From assembly GCF_018350175.1 (NCBI RefSeq), contig NC_058369.1, forward strand, positions 23,500,001 through 23,560,000: a DNA stretch of 60,000 nucleotides, read 5' to 3'. Source of the stretch: Felis catus (lineage: Eukaryota). How positions within the stretch are numbered: position 1 is the first letter of the stretch; every line of letters starts with the position of its first letter. Under the pieces are notes generated by a model. That model was not told the origin of the DNA. It ran no database searches and saw only the letters and a list, made by a program, of their open reading frames with translations. The translations under genes were made by a program, and so were the position numbers. Below are positions 37,867-51,146 of this stretch, in pieces.

Positions 37867-40800
37867 GGAAGCTTTTTCTGTTCCCAAAGACTAGAACCAC
37901 CCTTCCCATGCCACAGGAAGAGAAAGCAAAGATTGGAAATCAGGTGCCCTGGGACCTGGGACTCTCAAAGGCTATTAGGCACAGTGACAGGCTTCTTGGA
38001 GATGGGCAAGTGTATTAAAACTGGATTCATAATGAAGATAATAAATACAGTAGCCTGTATGTGAATAACCAGGCAAAACTTGCCCAAACCTTCCCACAGA
38101 TAAGTGGAACAGAGGCTATCAAGTGAACTTTTGTTGTTTTGTTTGTGTGTTTTGTTTTCTTGTCTCTTTTCAGGCTCGACCCACATACAAGGGGGAAAAA
38201 ATGAGATCACTGTAACATACTTTCTATTACTTTTGACCTGAGAGAATTTATGCACCTTCTAGGGGCATATCTCAATGGACCATATGTTCATTTTTCCTCA
38301 CAAATGGCAGGCTCACAAATTCCATTTTATAAGATTGAAGATTAGGCTTCAGGTTTATTTCTGTCCCACACATGGGAAAGAGACAAGCCTAGCCTTTCTG
38401 CCTATATGCCTTGAAACAAATCAATGAATCAATAATGATTTGTTTTTCCTCCTTTTCTCCCCTCAGCCCCCTTCTACCCTGAAAGCCAGGTAAAGAATGA
38501 AGAGGAACCAGAATGATTTCAAAGTGCAGTCCTTTTGTGTGAGGGTGATTTATGGAAACACCCCAGGCTTGAGTTCTGAAAGCCTTTTTGCTGTAGATAA
38601 AGCAGAGAGGACAAACAACACAGTGATCTCGGTGTATAAAACTATACTTCTTTGTGTGGGATTTGGTTTAAGCCCATTTTGAACTGCCAGTTCATTGTTT
38701 AAAAATGCACACCTGCACAGAACCAGTTGTGGTCAAGAAGTTTATTAGCAAAAGAATGTTCGTCAGTTCCTGGAAATCCTATATAAAGAACCGTCATGGT
38801 TTTTGTTAAGAATGAGATTCCCCATGAGTTACCAAAATCCAGTCGAACATCCTGCCTTAGCTAAGAGGAAGTTTGGAGAAGAAATAACTCTGGGATGGGA
38901 AAAGGATCCAGGAGAAACCTAGGAAAATAGGCAAACACAGCCTTACTTGAACTTAGTATCAATACAGTGTAGGGACATGAAAAGATGTGGCATGGTCTCC
39001 CCAGGTGTGACGACTGATCTAGGTACAAGGAAATAATAGGTGGGAAACGTTTTTCACAGCTGAGAAATACTTCATCAGTGTAAAACTGGGCGTCCTGAAT
39101 GACACTGAGCCCTAATATTTTTTCAAAGCTTTATGGCTCGAAATGGGGCAAATGGTTTTTTTTAAAGCTTCCAGGTGGATCCTTGTGTCTAGAGACAGCA
39201 GCCTTAAATTCACCTGTGTTTGTGGAGCAGCTGCCAGTGGAGGGCATGGACAGTTGTTCGGAAAGCATTTTGGTTCTGCAAAAAGAAACTCAGAACCTTT
39301 TCTAATGTGGATGTTCGCACAGCACAGGGCTCTGCATAATAGTGTAAAACCTTCTTTGGGGGTGGAGACAGAGATGCAGATTATGCTTCCTTTTGGAGGA
39401 AGATCTCATGGTTGGTTTGCTTGTTACGGATTTTAGTAGAATGGCGGCACAGGGCAGAGGTGCCTGCTGGGGATCTCTCAACAGTTGAAAAAAGGTAGCC
39501 CCTCAGCTCGATGGCTTGTGGCAGGCCAGCAGGGGAGGTGCTGTGGGAAGTCTGTGGAGAGGTTCTGCTGTGTGCATTTTAATCCCCTTCTGTTTTCCAA
39601 AGGCTTTCGTAATCTCTTGTTAAATCAATGAATCAATGGTCTGGTCTTTGGGGAAAGGGAGATGGGACCAGGTCTACGTATGGCGGCAGGCAGTTGGTGG
39701 AACAGGACAGGCAACCTGGGTAAAGTGGGGCTGCCATCTGAAGGAGTGAAATGGGGATTCTGGGAGAAACGTGTCCCCTGGGCAGAACTTGGGAAAAGAC
39801 AACAAGCCCTAAGATTAAGCAGGATCCTTCTAATTTCAGTGTTGAAGAGGAATGGGATCCTTGAGGCTAGTGCTTTGAGGCAGGGAGTCAGATGGTCGTT
39901 CCAGGCACGAAGTGAGAGCAGATTTCCTAGGAGCTCACCCTGGTGTCCCCACTCCCTCCCTGTGTGTCTGTGGGGAGTGACATAACCTCTCTCCACACCA
40001 GGTCCTGCATCTATTAAAATGGAGATAGTGAATGTAACTATCTCAAGGAGTTTAAACGAGGACTGAAGAAAATAACATATGTTAAGTAGCCAAAGTACGT
40101 GTCAAAGTGTCTGCAATAATAAATGTCCAATAAATTATAACTTTTATTATTTTATAAACTAGAACTTAAGTGTTTATCACTGCAGCAGAAATAGACAGGG
40201 AGGAATGTGTACCAGGGACGAAGGTCTCTCAACCAATTCCTGACACCAAGTAGTGACTCAGTAAATTTTTCCCAAGTGATGAATCACATAGACGAGGTGC
40301 GTCAGTTTACATCGAATTGGGACTCAGCTTCACGTACCGAGTTATTTTTTAACTGCTTTCTAAAACACTTGATAGAAATAGTAAGGTTATCCCACTGGGC
40401 TTGTTATGCCAAGAAACACAGACATGTGATCAAGTCGACTCCAGGCTGTCACTGCACACTCACCCTCACTGTGTATCCTGATCTGCAACCTTGCCTAGGA
40501 TTCCTACAGGAATTGCTCTGGTTTGGCCTGTTTAAGTCAGAGAGGACCCCTCAGCATGGGGATAAGTAACAATCACTAAGGGCAGGTGTAACATGGGGCT
40601 GCAAGAGGCTTGTTTCTTTGCTAGACTCTATATGAACACTGTTGAGTGGCAAAGTCAATGAAAAGATGCAGAGACATGAGCAGCAAACAGGCAAGATGCC
40701 ACCATACTCTCTCCACTTTGTCCCCTACCAGGGACATGGGACTGAGAACTAGAATCAAAGTGAGGGCTGCACTTCGTCCAATATCAAAAAGAGGGGAAGG

Positions 40801-41929
40801 AAGGAAGAAAAGAACCGGAAGGGGAAATAAAATGAACTTACCTTTACAAAGCCAAACTCAAACTACCACGTACCCAAGAAAGAATTGTTACCTGACTTGT
40901 GATATAATCGAATAGGCAATAATCATGTAGTTCATTTTCACATTATGTCATGAAGCTTCATAAAAATGGAATGGATAATGAGACACGAAAAGGAATCATG
41001 GAATAGAAGCTGTTCTCTGGATCTAAGATACATAGAACTCCATCGGGGTATAAAGGGAAGAGTCCCCAAACCCGCCAGGGGTAGGAGAGTGCTAGGAAAT
41101 GCAAAGTGAGATGTCTACTCTGAAGGAACTTGACCAGGCTTTATTGCTTGGGATGGCGTTTGGAGTAGGTCCTAGATGACCTTCAAGGAATGTTGGGATT
41201 TTGACATGTAGATTCGGGTCTGGTCAGGATCACTGTACATCCCAGCTCCAGTTAGGGTGTGGATTTAAGTTGTGTCTCTGACCACACATGCTAATTCCAT
41301 GATCTCTAAATGCATACAAGTGGTAATTAAGGGAAGGGAGCTAATATTTTTTAGTATCTTTTGTGTGCTAGGGTACTGTGCTAGATGTAGCTCTAATTTT
41401 TCAGTAGCACTTGCCAGTAGATATTATTCTCGTTTTACACAGGAGGAAGCTGAAGTTCAGAGAGACTCTTGCATCTGGGAGCAGCAGAGTTAAGATTATA
41501 GACTGGCTCTGCCTGCTCTTTCCTCCACAGAAGAGAGAGTCAGAAACTGGATGAGAGAGGCTGTCAAAATGAGGTTATGAGCATGTGTTGTGATTAAGCA
41601 CTGAACGAAATCATGCAGTTATGTTGGGTCCCTCCCCTCACCCCAGACTGGAAGCATACACTTTCTGCATGAACTCTGAAACTGTGCAAACCCTATGGTG
41701 TAGACACTCTACTTTGCACCTTAGCACTTACTGTACAGTATTTACCGCACAGAAAATTTACAGATAAACGCAAGGAAGTACGCTCGAGAACGGTCACTGC
41801 AGTATTTCTGCAAAAACACATCAAATCAACCAGCCAAACAAAAAATGCTAGAAGCCTGTTGATGAGAGAACTTTTTTCAGAGCAATAATGAGAACCAAAC
41901 CAGTTTGTAGATTAAAAAATAAAAAAACA

Positions 41930-42850
41930 TTACTGAGGGAAAATTGACGGATACAATTGTACATATTTAAGGTGTACGGTGTGGTGATTTGATATACATA
42001 AATGTTGTAGAGTGATTACCAAGATCAAGGTAATTAACACATCCACCAACTCACATAGTCAACATGGGTTTTGTTTTTTGGTTTTTTTTTTTGGTGAGCA
42101 TGCTTAAAATCTACTGTCAACTTTCAAGTATGGGATACTGTGTTATTTTTTTTTTCAACGTTTTATTTTATTTTTGGGACAGAGAGAGACAGAGCATGAA
42201 TGGGGGAGGGGCAGAGAGAGAGGGAGACACAGAATCGGAAACAGGCTCCAGGCTCTGAGCCATCAGCCCAGAGCCTGATGTGGGGCTCGAACCCACGGAC
42301 CGCGAGATCGTGACCTGGCTGAAGTTGGGCGCTTAACCAACTGCGCCACCCAGGCGCCCCTGGGATACTGTGTTATTAACGACCATCATCATGCTGTATA
42401 TTAAATTCTACTTATTCTTGTAACTGAAAATCTGTGCCCTTTGATCAACATCACTTTATAAACTCCTCTTCCCAACACCTAGCAAGTAACATTCTATTCT
42501 GTTTCTATGAAATTGCTTTTTTTTTTTTAAGGTTCCACATCTAAGTAAAACCATACGGTATTGGTCTTTCTCCTTCTGGTTTATTTCACTAGCATAATAC
42601 CCTACAGATTCATCCATGTTAGCACAAATGGCAGGATTTCCTCCTTTTTATGGCTGAATAATATTCTATCATATATATGATATGTCATTATATAACTATA
42701 TATAACATATACAATTATGATAGAATATATATATATAATATATATATTTCTTTATCCATTCATCTCCTGAAGGACATTAAGGCTGTTCTCATGTTCCTAT
42801 ATTTTGGCTCTTGTGGATAATGCTGCATGAACATGGGTGTGTAGATATGA
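41930..42850 (-). mobile_element. L1MA/MB-type 3' end with nested SINE
   Basis: L1 3'UTR reverse motifs (ttcatccatgttagcacaaatggcaggatttcc). Confidence 0.75.
42148..42360 (-). mobile_element. Young SINEC_Fc
   Basis: Fc diagnostics (gcgcag, cagccaggtcacgatctcgcggtccgtg, ctgatggctc); perfect 17-bp TSD tgggatactgtgttatt. Confidence 0.97.
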
Positions 42851-42886
42851 TATATGATTATTTAACAATTTCTTTGTTAAATATTT

Positions 42887-43106
42887 TTTTAGAAATTTTT
42901 TTAATGTTTGTTTATTTTTAGAGAGAGAGAGAGAGAGAGAAAAGAGAGAGTGGGGGAGGGGCAGGGAGAGAGGGAGACAGATAATTCAAAGTGGGCCCTG
43001 TGCTGTCAGCCGTGAGCCCGATGTGGGGCTCGAAGTCACAAACCGTGAGATCATGACCTGAGCCCAAGTCAGGTGCTCCACTGACCATGAGCCACCCAGG
43101 CGCCCC
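42887..43106 (-). mobile_element. Can-SINE
   Basis: 16-bp TSD tctttgttaaatattt. Confidence 0.95.
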
Positions 43107-43244
43107 TCTTTGTTAAATATTTGCCTTGTTCCAATCTTCCATCATTATATATGGTGTACTGATAGATATCTTCATATATATATAGTTGCAGCTTTGATGA
43201 TTATTTCCTTAGGATATACCCCCCCAAAATTAACAGGGATTCTT

Positions 43245-43446
43245 CTTTTCTTTTAATGTTTATTTTGAGAGAGACAGAGCACATGAGGGAGGGGCAGGGA
43301 GACAGAGAGGAAGAGAGAGAATTCCAAGCAGGCTCCGTGCTATCAGCACAGTCCCACATGGGGCTTGATTCCACAAACCATGAGATCATGACCTGTGTTG
43401 AGATCAAGGGTCAGATGCTTAACTGACTGAGCCACCCTGGTCCGAG
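43245..43446 (-). mobile_element. Can-SINE
   Basis: TSD acagggattctt at 43233-43244 and 43447-43458. Confidence 0.92.
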
Positions 43447-43489
43447 ACAGGGATTCTTAAATAGGTAATGTTTTTAAACTTTCTAAATA

Positions 43490-43812
43490 TCCTTTTATTT
43501 GTATTGTTTTGATTGAGGTATAATTAACATGCAACACTATATTAGTTTCAGCTGTGTAATAGGATGATTTACTATTTGTATATATTGTGAAATAGTCACC
43601 ACAATAAGTCTAGTTAACATCCATCACCATACATAGTTATTAAAGAAATGTTTGTTTCTTGTGATGAGGACTTTTAGGATTTGTTCTCTTGGCAACTGCT
43701 AAATATGCAACACAGTATTATTAACTATCGTCACAATGCTGCACCTTACATCCTCTGGACTTATTTATTTTATAACTGAAAGTTTGTACCTTTGACCCCC
43801 TTCACCCATTTC
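43490..43812 (-). mobile_element. L1 3' end (L1_Carn/L1MA9-like)
   Basis: gtctagttaacatccatcaccatacatagtta...gtacctttgacc motif. Confidence 0.75.
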
Positions 43813-43903
43813 CTTAGGATAGACTCCCCAAAATTCACCAAGATTCTTAAAGTAGTATTTAGTGGACAAAATATGCTATACGAGCATTAAAAAACACACT
43901 AAG

Positions 43904-44100
43904 AGGGGCGCCTGGGTGGCTCAGTCGGTAAAGCGTCCAACTTTGGCTCAGGTCATGACCTCATGGCTTGTGAGTTCGAGCCCCAGGTCAGGCTCTGTGC
44001 TGACAGCTCAGAGCCTGGAGCCTGCTTCAGATTCTGTGTCCCTCTCTCGCTCTGCCCCTCCCCTACTTGTGCTCTCTCTCTCATAAATAAAACATTGAAA
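43904..44100 (+). mobile_element. Can-SINE
   Basis: TSD acacactaaga. Confidence 0.92.
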
Positions 44101-44689
44101 ACACACACACACTAAGATTATTCTAAAAGTTAATTAAATTCATTAACTCAGTCCTCAATAATAAAAAGCATGCATGGGAAAACATATCCAGGGACTGATC
44201 TCGTTTACTTTTTTATGCTAGCTTTAGAAATACTTCTTTAAGTGCATTTATAGTAATCTGTAAATAAATGCACAAAATTTTAAAAGGTAAATAAAAACAC
44301 ACAACTCATTGACCACAATGTTTACCTCTGCAGAAGGGGCAGGATTAGAGATGGTCATCAAAAGAACTATAACTTTCTCCAAAATATTTAAATATTTTAC
44401 AAAGAGTAGGTCAAATTGCTATATTCTTATGAAATTTAAAATATCCCTTCCTTTATCTGTAAGTCTTTACAAAATAGGGTAAATTTTGTTCCCTTGAGTC
44501 TATAAGCATGGAAATAATGTGTGTCCTTAAGGCGATTTACATAATTTACAGAGAACTTTCTGCTACCTGATTGGTTATCACAATAGCCCTGTAAGCCAGG
44601 CATTATTGTATTTTAATCTGTAAAGCAGATACACACGTTGGGCAGTAATGCTAAATCCACAAAATTCCTCCCGGCTCATATTCAAGAAG

Positions 44690-45145
44690 ATGGCCCTATT
44701 TTGGTTCCCTAAGATCTCCTCCCTGCTCTGTTACCACAAAGCTCATTCCTTCCCTCTTTCCCTCTCCCTCTTCCTCCCCTCCCCCTTCCCTCCCCGTTGC
44801 TAGCTTTGAGAAGTTAAGAGGCCAACTTGGGGAACCCCATGTGGGAATGAACTGGCCAGCCTCTAGGAGCTGATGACATCCTAGGCTGACAGCCAGCAAG
44901 AAGCCCTCAGCCCTCCAATAGCAAGGAACTGAATTTTGCCAATGAGGTAAGTGAGCTTAGAAGCAAGTTCTCACCCCGATGAGACCACAGCCCCAGCAAC
45001 TTTGAAGTCCTGCAAGGCTCAAAGCAGAGGATCCAGCCAAGCCATGCCTGAGTTCCTGACACACAGAGACTGTGAGACAGTAAATGTGTTGTTCTAAGCC
45101 ATTAAGTTTGTGGTAATATCATCACACAACAATATAAAACAAACA
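44690..45145 (+). mobile_element. MaLR LTR (MLT1-type)
   Basis: gctgacagccagcaagaa...gcaaggaactgaattttgccaa...taagccattaagtttgtggtaat. Confidence 0.75.
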
Positions 45146-46577
45146 CTTTTTCCATTGAAGGAATTGAAAATTTGAGGCACATCTTTGGGAGCAGACTACG
45201 CTCAAGAAATTATAAAATTGGAATATCCACCATCATATTGCTCATGCAGGGGATGAAGGTCAAGGTAAGTCATGTACTGGCCCCAGTAGAGCAGCCCTGA
45301 CCTCTCTGAACCAGGATTCTTTTGTTTTCACTCTATGGAAGTGCTGACATGTCAGCTGTTTTTGCATGTGTGAAAGGATCTTACACAGAGGGCTCATGTC
45401 TTAGAACATGCACGTGGTGTTTGTACAGCAAAAATAATGTTGGTTCACAAGACCTACGTATATAGGATTTTACTAGAGCAGAGAGGCCTTGGAAAAACCT
45501 TCCAACCCAGCAAGCTTGCGTTTTCTTTTTAAAGCAATACCAACCAAGCTTAATTTAAATCAATAGCGAAGGTAAAGGGGGGAAAGGGGGAAAATATTAC
45601 CTAAGCACAAGATAACAAAAAGGAAAGTGGTAGGTAACATATATAAACCTGGGGGGAGTGAAAATTCAAATAAAATGCTAGTGGAATTAATTGTTTCTCC
45701 CCGAGAAACGTGGCTGACTTACCTCCCTATTAGAAGGTGGCCTTCGCTGAGTGCCTCTTGATTGAAGGGAAAGCATGTACCTTGGCCATGTCATAGTCAC
45801 TGGCTTACTAAAGGTTGCTGCTCTCTTTCCAGCACCTGTGGCAAGAAGCAGGATATGCTGAACTGGAAGAAAGGAAAAAAGAAAAAACAAAAAAAGCAAA
45901 AATATTAGCAACATTGTTTAAAGGAAAAGCTGTAAGAGAAGATGGAAACAGCTTACAATGATCCAAAAGGGAGACATTAAGGCAAAGAGGAAATGTTAAT
46001 GTAGGCTAAAAACACTTCTGTCTGGGAAGAAAATGAAAAATTCCCCTAATGGGTGATTCAAAAGCAATAATAAGCCTAGTAAACGCTGAATATACACCTA
46101 CTGAATTAAACAACAGGAATATTGCAAATGATTAGTTAGCACCTCGAGTCGTCATTGCACTAAACTTTTATCCATTTAGCAGATATTGGCATGCACTAAC
46201 TCTTTAATGTTTCAGCACAACCCTACGAGGTACACAGTGTTGTTAATCTCCATTTTACAGACCAGGAAACTGAAGGCGGTTCTGAAACGTGCCCACCTCG
46301 CTCGACTTGAGAGTGGAACTGGGATTTGAATTCAGGGCTCTCTGATCCGCTAGTTTTCTCAAGTTCCACGGTGATAGGAGAAAGGAAGAGCAGGGCAGAG
46401 TCAAGGTTAAGAAATGCCCACATGCAGAAGGGAGGAAAGACAATGACTTATTCCTGGGGGTTAAGGAGCCCAGTGATTGCAGAAAAATGCCCCAAGAGAT
46501 GAGTAGAACAATGGCAACAAAGGCACGGTGAGAAATGCTCTCGGGGTAAAACGGAAGAATAGTGGAAAATTTGATTT

Positions 46578-46794
46578 AAAAATTTTTTTTCAACGTTTAT
46601 TTATTTTTTGGGACAGAGAGAGACAGAGCATGAACGGGGGAAGGGCAGAGAGAGAGGGAGACACAGAATCAGAAACAGGCTCCAGGCTCTGAGCCATCAG
46701 CCCAGAGCCCGACGCGGGGCTCGAACTCACAGACCGCGAGATCGTGACCTGGCTGAAGTCCGACGCTCAACCGACTGCGCCACCCAGGCGCCCC
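46578..46794 (-). mobile_element. Young SINEC_Fc
   Basis: Near-consensus with CpGs intact; TSD gaaaatttgattt. Confidence 0.97.
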
Positions 46795-47604
46795 GAAAAT
46801 TTGATTTTAAAACCACTTTCCCAACCACTATGCTGATACTGGAGTGAATGAAAGAGAATGCCTGCATTAGAATCACTTGGGAATGCTGTTGGACTCTGGA
46901 TCCCGGGGCAGCCCTGAGAATCATTGTGACAAGCCATCATTGACCAGGGGACCCTCTACAGCTAGGGAAAAATTCTGCACCAGAATGTAACTAGGAGGAT
47001 GCTACTCACTGGTAGGAATGGCCATGGTAACTGGATATGTTTAGGTAACACTGACAAGAAGGTTAGCTCCCTGAGGAACCCAAGTCATAGATTTACCTGG
47101 CCCAAAGCCAAGCATGGGTATGGCATGGGTTAAATGAAAAATAATAATAATAAAAATAAAAAGATCATGAATAAGGTGATGTCTCTCATCCCTTCACTCC
47201 TGTACTAAATAAACAAGCAAATGAATGAATGACTAAGACATGGTGTAGGCTGACAACATGGGCCCCTGGATGAAGCTGTAATCAGTGGCAGTGAGCACAG
47301 CACCCATTCTGCCATGCTTCCACAGCTAGGTGGCCAATAGATGGTGGGGCACGCCCTATACCACCAGTGCCAACCTGAAGGGCAGTCTGGACGGGTAGTC
47401 AGTCTGAGAAATACCTGAAAGACGCCTGAAATTTGAGAGGTCCTATAATAAACAAGGTTCTGTGTTTTGTTTTTTATCTCTGTACGCTGGGTGTGTTTAG
47501 AACATGACTTATGGTACTCATGAGATTGTCACCTGCTGTCTCTGCTTCCTTCTCCTAGTCAGATAAAAGCTGTGACACATTGGATTTCACCTTGTCTAGC
47601 ATAA

Positions 47605-47905
47605 AATTTTTTTCCAGCTCTATTGAGATATCATCGACACATAACATCGTATAAGTTTAAGATATACAGTGTGTTGATTTGATACGGTTGTAAAATGTGA
47701 AATGATTAGCACAGTAGTGTTAGCTAACACCTCTATCATATCACATAATTACCATTTCTTTTTGGTGGTGAGAACCTTTCAGGTCTACTGTCTTAACAAG
47801 TTTCTCGTATATAATTCATTATTGTTAACTATAATCACAATGCGGTGCATTAGACCCCCAGAACTTATTCATCTTCTAAACGCAAGTTTGCACCCCCACC
47901 TTCTT
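47605..47905 (-). mobile_element. L1 3' end fragment
   Basis: ttattgttaactataatcacaatgcggtgcattagacccccagaacttattcatc motif. Confidence 0.7.
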
Positions 47906-48486
47906 TAATTTCATACTCCTTGGTGAAAGGAGATGGGGGGGGAGCAGACTGGCGATGATGCAGAGAGCTGGCACCTTAAGGAGTCTAACAGACCTTTTCC
48001 TCTCCACCATTTCTGCAGGAAGGTTTTACTCCAGCATCTGTATTTTATCCTAGCATCTCACAAATCTCTCTTAACACAGACCATCGCCTGAATCCCTGTA
48101 GCCCTTGTATCTCTAAAGGCATCCCTGCACTGTGTTTACCACTGTTACTCTTACCAACAGACATGAAGCTGAGACGATATTTCTAAAAATAAAGCGTCTC
48201 CTCCTTCTCTACCTGTCTCCGAAACTGGGTACTGAAACAAAGCCAGGAACACCCCTCGTAGCAACTCCCTCGCTGCCAGGAGATTTGTTTTCAAAGCATC
48301 TGACAAGCCACATCCGATTCATCCTCAAAACTGACTTGTCAGGGGAATAAACAAGTGTCAGAACTTCCCAAGAAATCTAGTGATGAAAAGTCCTTTAACG
48401 ATGAACAAATTAAATTCAGTTCTCACGCCAAGCAACAGAAAGAAAGCGAAGTGAAAAGCCACAGAAGACAAGCACAGGTATGATTT

Positions 48487-48703
48487 AAAAATTTCTTAAC
48501 ATTTATTTATTTTTGAGAGACAGAGAGAGGCAGAGTATGAGCAAGGAGGGGCAGAGAGAGAGGGGGAGACACAGAATTCGAAGCAGGCTGCAGGCTCCAA
48601 GCTGTCAGCACAGAGCCCGACGTGGGGCCCGAACTCACAAACCGCAAGATCATGACCTGAGCCTAAGTCAGACGCTGAACCGACTGAGCCACCCAGGCAC
48701 CCC
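48487..48703 (-). mobile_element. Can-SINE
   Basis: TSD caggYatgattt. Confidence 0.93.
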
Positions 48704-49767
48704 TCAGGCATGATTTTAGATAAGGCCGGAGATAAGCGGGACTGTTAATGAGAAACAGATATAGGAGGGGTCGTTGAGACAGCAGACGCCCAGAAGAAGG
48801 GGGCTGAGCTGGGCAGGTCTTGCAGGAGAGGTACTTTGGGGCTGACAATTACTCAGTGTTTTATGAAAATGTCCCATCCACGGGCATCTGCTGGAGAATC
48901 ATCTTTGCACCTGCTTTTGCCACTGGCATCTGTGCGTCTCTTCTCCAACTCTTCTGTCCCAGGGCAGACGTGTGCACAGTGGGATTCCCCTGCCTTGTTT
49001 CCGCTGCTGCATTCCTCTCTAATGCTGTCAAATCAAATGAACATGCTCTAGGTGACCGCTCAATACTTCAGGCTTCAGGCTCTTAGATGAGCTGTAGCAA
49101 TCTAACGGTGTGATGGTTTCCATTAAATTCTGAACCTTGCCCTGTAGGGATGTTGCTACAAAAATGCATAAATTATTTACTGTAAGGGCTTTGCTGATGA
49201 CTGATAAAATCAAATTAGCTGCTTTGGGCTAAGGATGAATTTGAAACAGAATTTCCTTCTTTGAAGAGACAGTGACAAATCTATTTGATAGGTCTGCATG
49301 TTAACTTTTTTTTTGGTTGAAATTTTAACAGAATCCTTTGTTAGGCAAAATGAATGAGATTGGCCTAGGTGATGAACTAGTTTTTTCCCAAAATGTTTAT
49401 TTTTGTCACATTATTAAAGACATACCCATCCATATAGATTTTATTTTTAAAAGAAAAAAAAAAACAGGAAAACCACAACAAAAAAACCACTCACCCATAA
49501 TCCCAAAATCTGGTATTTGGAGCATTTACTCATAGCCTTTTGTCATGTGGGTGTATTAGTATGCAAGTTTTTAAAGTGAAGTCATTTTATATATATGGAT
49601 ATTTACTTTCTTCACATATTCATTAAAATCTATGTTAATGAGTATATAATATTCCATATTCTGACTCCATCTTTTATTACTGCTTTAGAATAATTATTCC
49701 GCCAAAAGGTACAAATACTTTTAAAGCTCTTGATATACATTGCCATATTATTTTCCAGAAGCTCTGA

Positions 49768-50101
49768 TTTTATTTATTTATTATTTGAGAGAGATAGAGA
49801 GCACACATGTGATCGGGGAGAGGGGCAGAGGGAGAAGTTAGAAATCAGTAACAGAAAAACTGGAAAACTCACAAATTTGCTGAAATTAAACAGCACACTT
49901 TTTTTTTTTTTAATTTAGAGAGAGAGGGAGAGAGAAAAAATGCAAGCAGGGGCGGGGAGCAGAGGGAGAGACAAAGAATCGCAAGCAGGCTCCATACTCA
50001 GCCTGGAGGCCAATGCAGGGTTCTGTCCCATAACCTGGGATCATGACCTGAGCCAAAATCAAGAGCTGGGCGCTCAACCAACTGAGCCACCCAGGTGCCC
50101 C
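49768..50101 (-). mobile_element. Composite SINE / L1 fragment / partial SINE
   Basis: Full SINE at 49899-50101, a 63-bp L1 ORF2-like piece at 49837-49899 and a SINE 3' end at 49768-49836; ctgatt at both outer ends. Confidence 0.75.
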
Positions 50102-50930
50102 TGATTCAATTTATAATCTCACCAGTTATGTATGGGTTTTTAATGTTTGTAGTTTGGGGATTAAAAACTCATAACAGAATTCGTTTCATACATACGGATA
50201 CTTCTCAAAACATTTGCTCATTTACTAGATGAAAATACTCTCTCATTGCTCTTTGAATTAACTGACTAATGAAATTTACTACTTTTAGGCTTTCGAGTTA
50301 GTCTTTCAAAGAAACTGGGGTAGTGCATAAAGAGTTTTGCTCTGTTCCACTCCTTCCTGGCCACATGATTTCCTAATTCTCTCATTATGACTGATATAAC
50401 CAAGAGTACCTGTATTGAAGTAAAAATATATCACTTTTTTGTAACTTAGCTGGTTCCCACATGAGATGCAATCCTAGTCTGATTCAAATCCTAGTCTAGC
50501 ATGTTCAAATAAACATGCTACAGGAGCCAGAATTAATGACAATGTTTAAAATGTATACCTAATTTGACTTGTCTCTCTTAAAGAACATTTTTTAAAGACA
50601 TAATTTATCATTCATGATATTTCTTTAAAAATCATCCTATTTCTTCTGTTCATTTTTGCCCCATGGATACGTGAAAGTTTCTTTCTCTTTCCATCAATAT
50701 TCTCCATCAAAAGCTGCATCCAATGTCCCAGAGCCCTTAGTCCTTGCCTTTTACATCAGACCCTCTTTCCTCCTGATGCTCGTGTCTTAATTTCCTCTAT
50801 TCCTACTCCAAATTTGGTATCACAAAAGTCTGAATCATGTTGCTGAAGAATGAACTTTGGTTGACAGAATGGTAAGGCAGACACACAGGCACAGTGACAT
50901 ATCTTTTCTACACCTTGGCTTTCTTTCTTC

Positions 50931-51146
50931 TTTTTTTTTTAATTTTTAAGTGTTTTTTAACATTTGCGAGAGAAAGAGCATGAGTGGGGGAGGGGCAGAA
51001 AGAGAGGGAGACACAGAATCCGAAACAGGCTCCAGGCTCTGAGCTTTCAGTACAGAGCCCGACACGGGGCTCAAACTCACGGACCACGAGATCATGACCT
51101 GAGCCGAAGTTGGATGCTTAATCAATTGAGCCATTCAGGCGCCCCA
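50931..51146 (-). mobile_element. Can-SINE
   Basis: Consensus match; tggctttct on both flanks. Confidence 0.92.
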
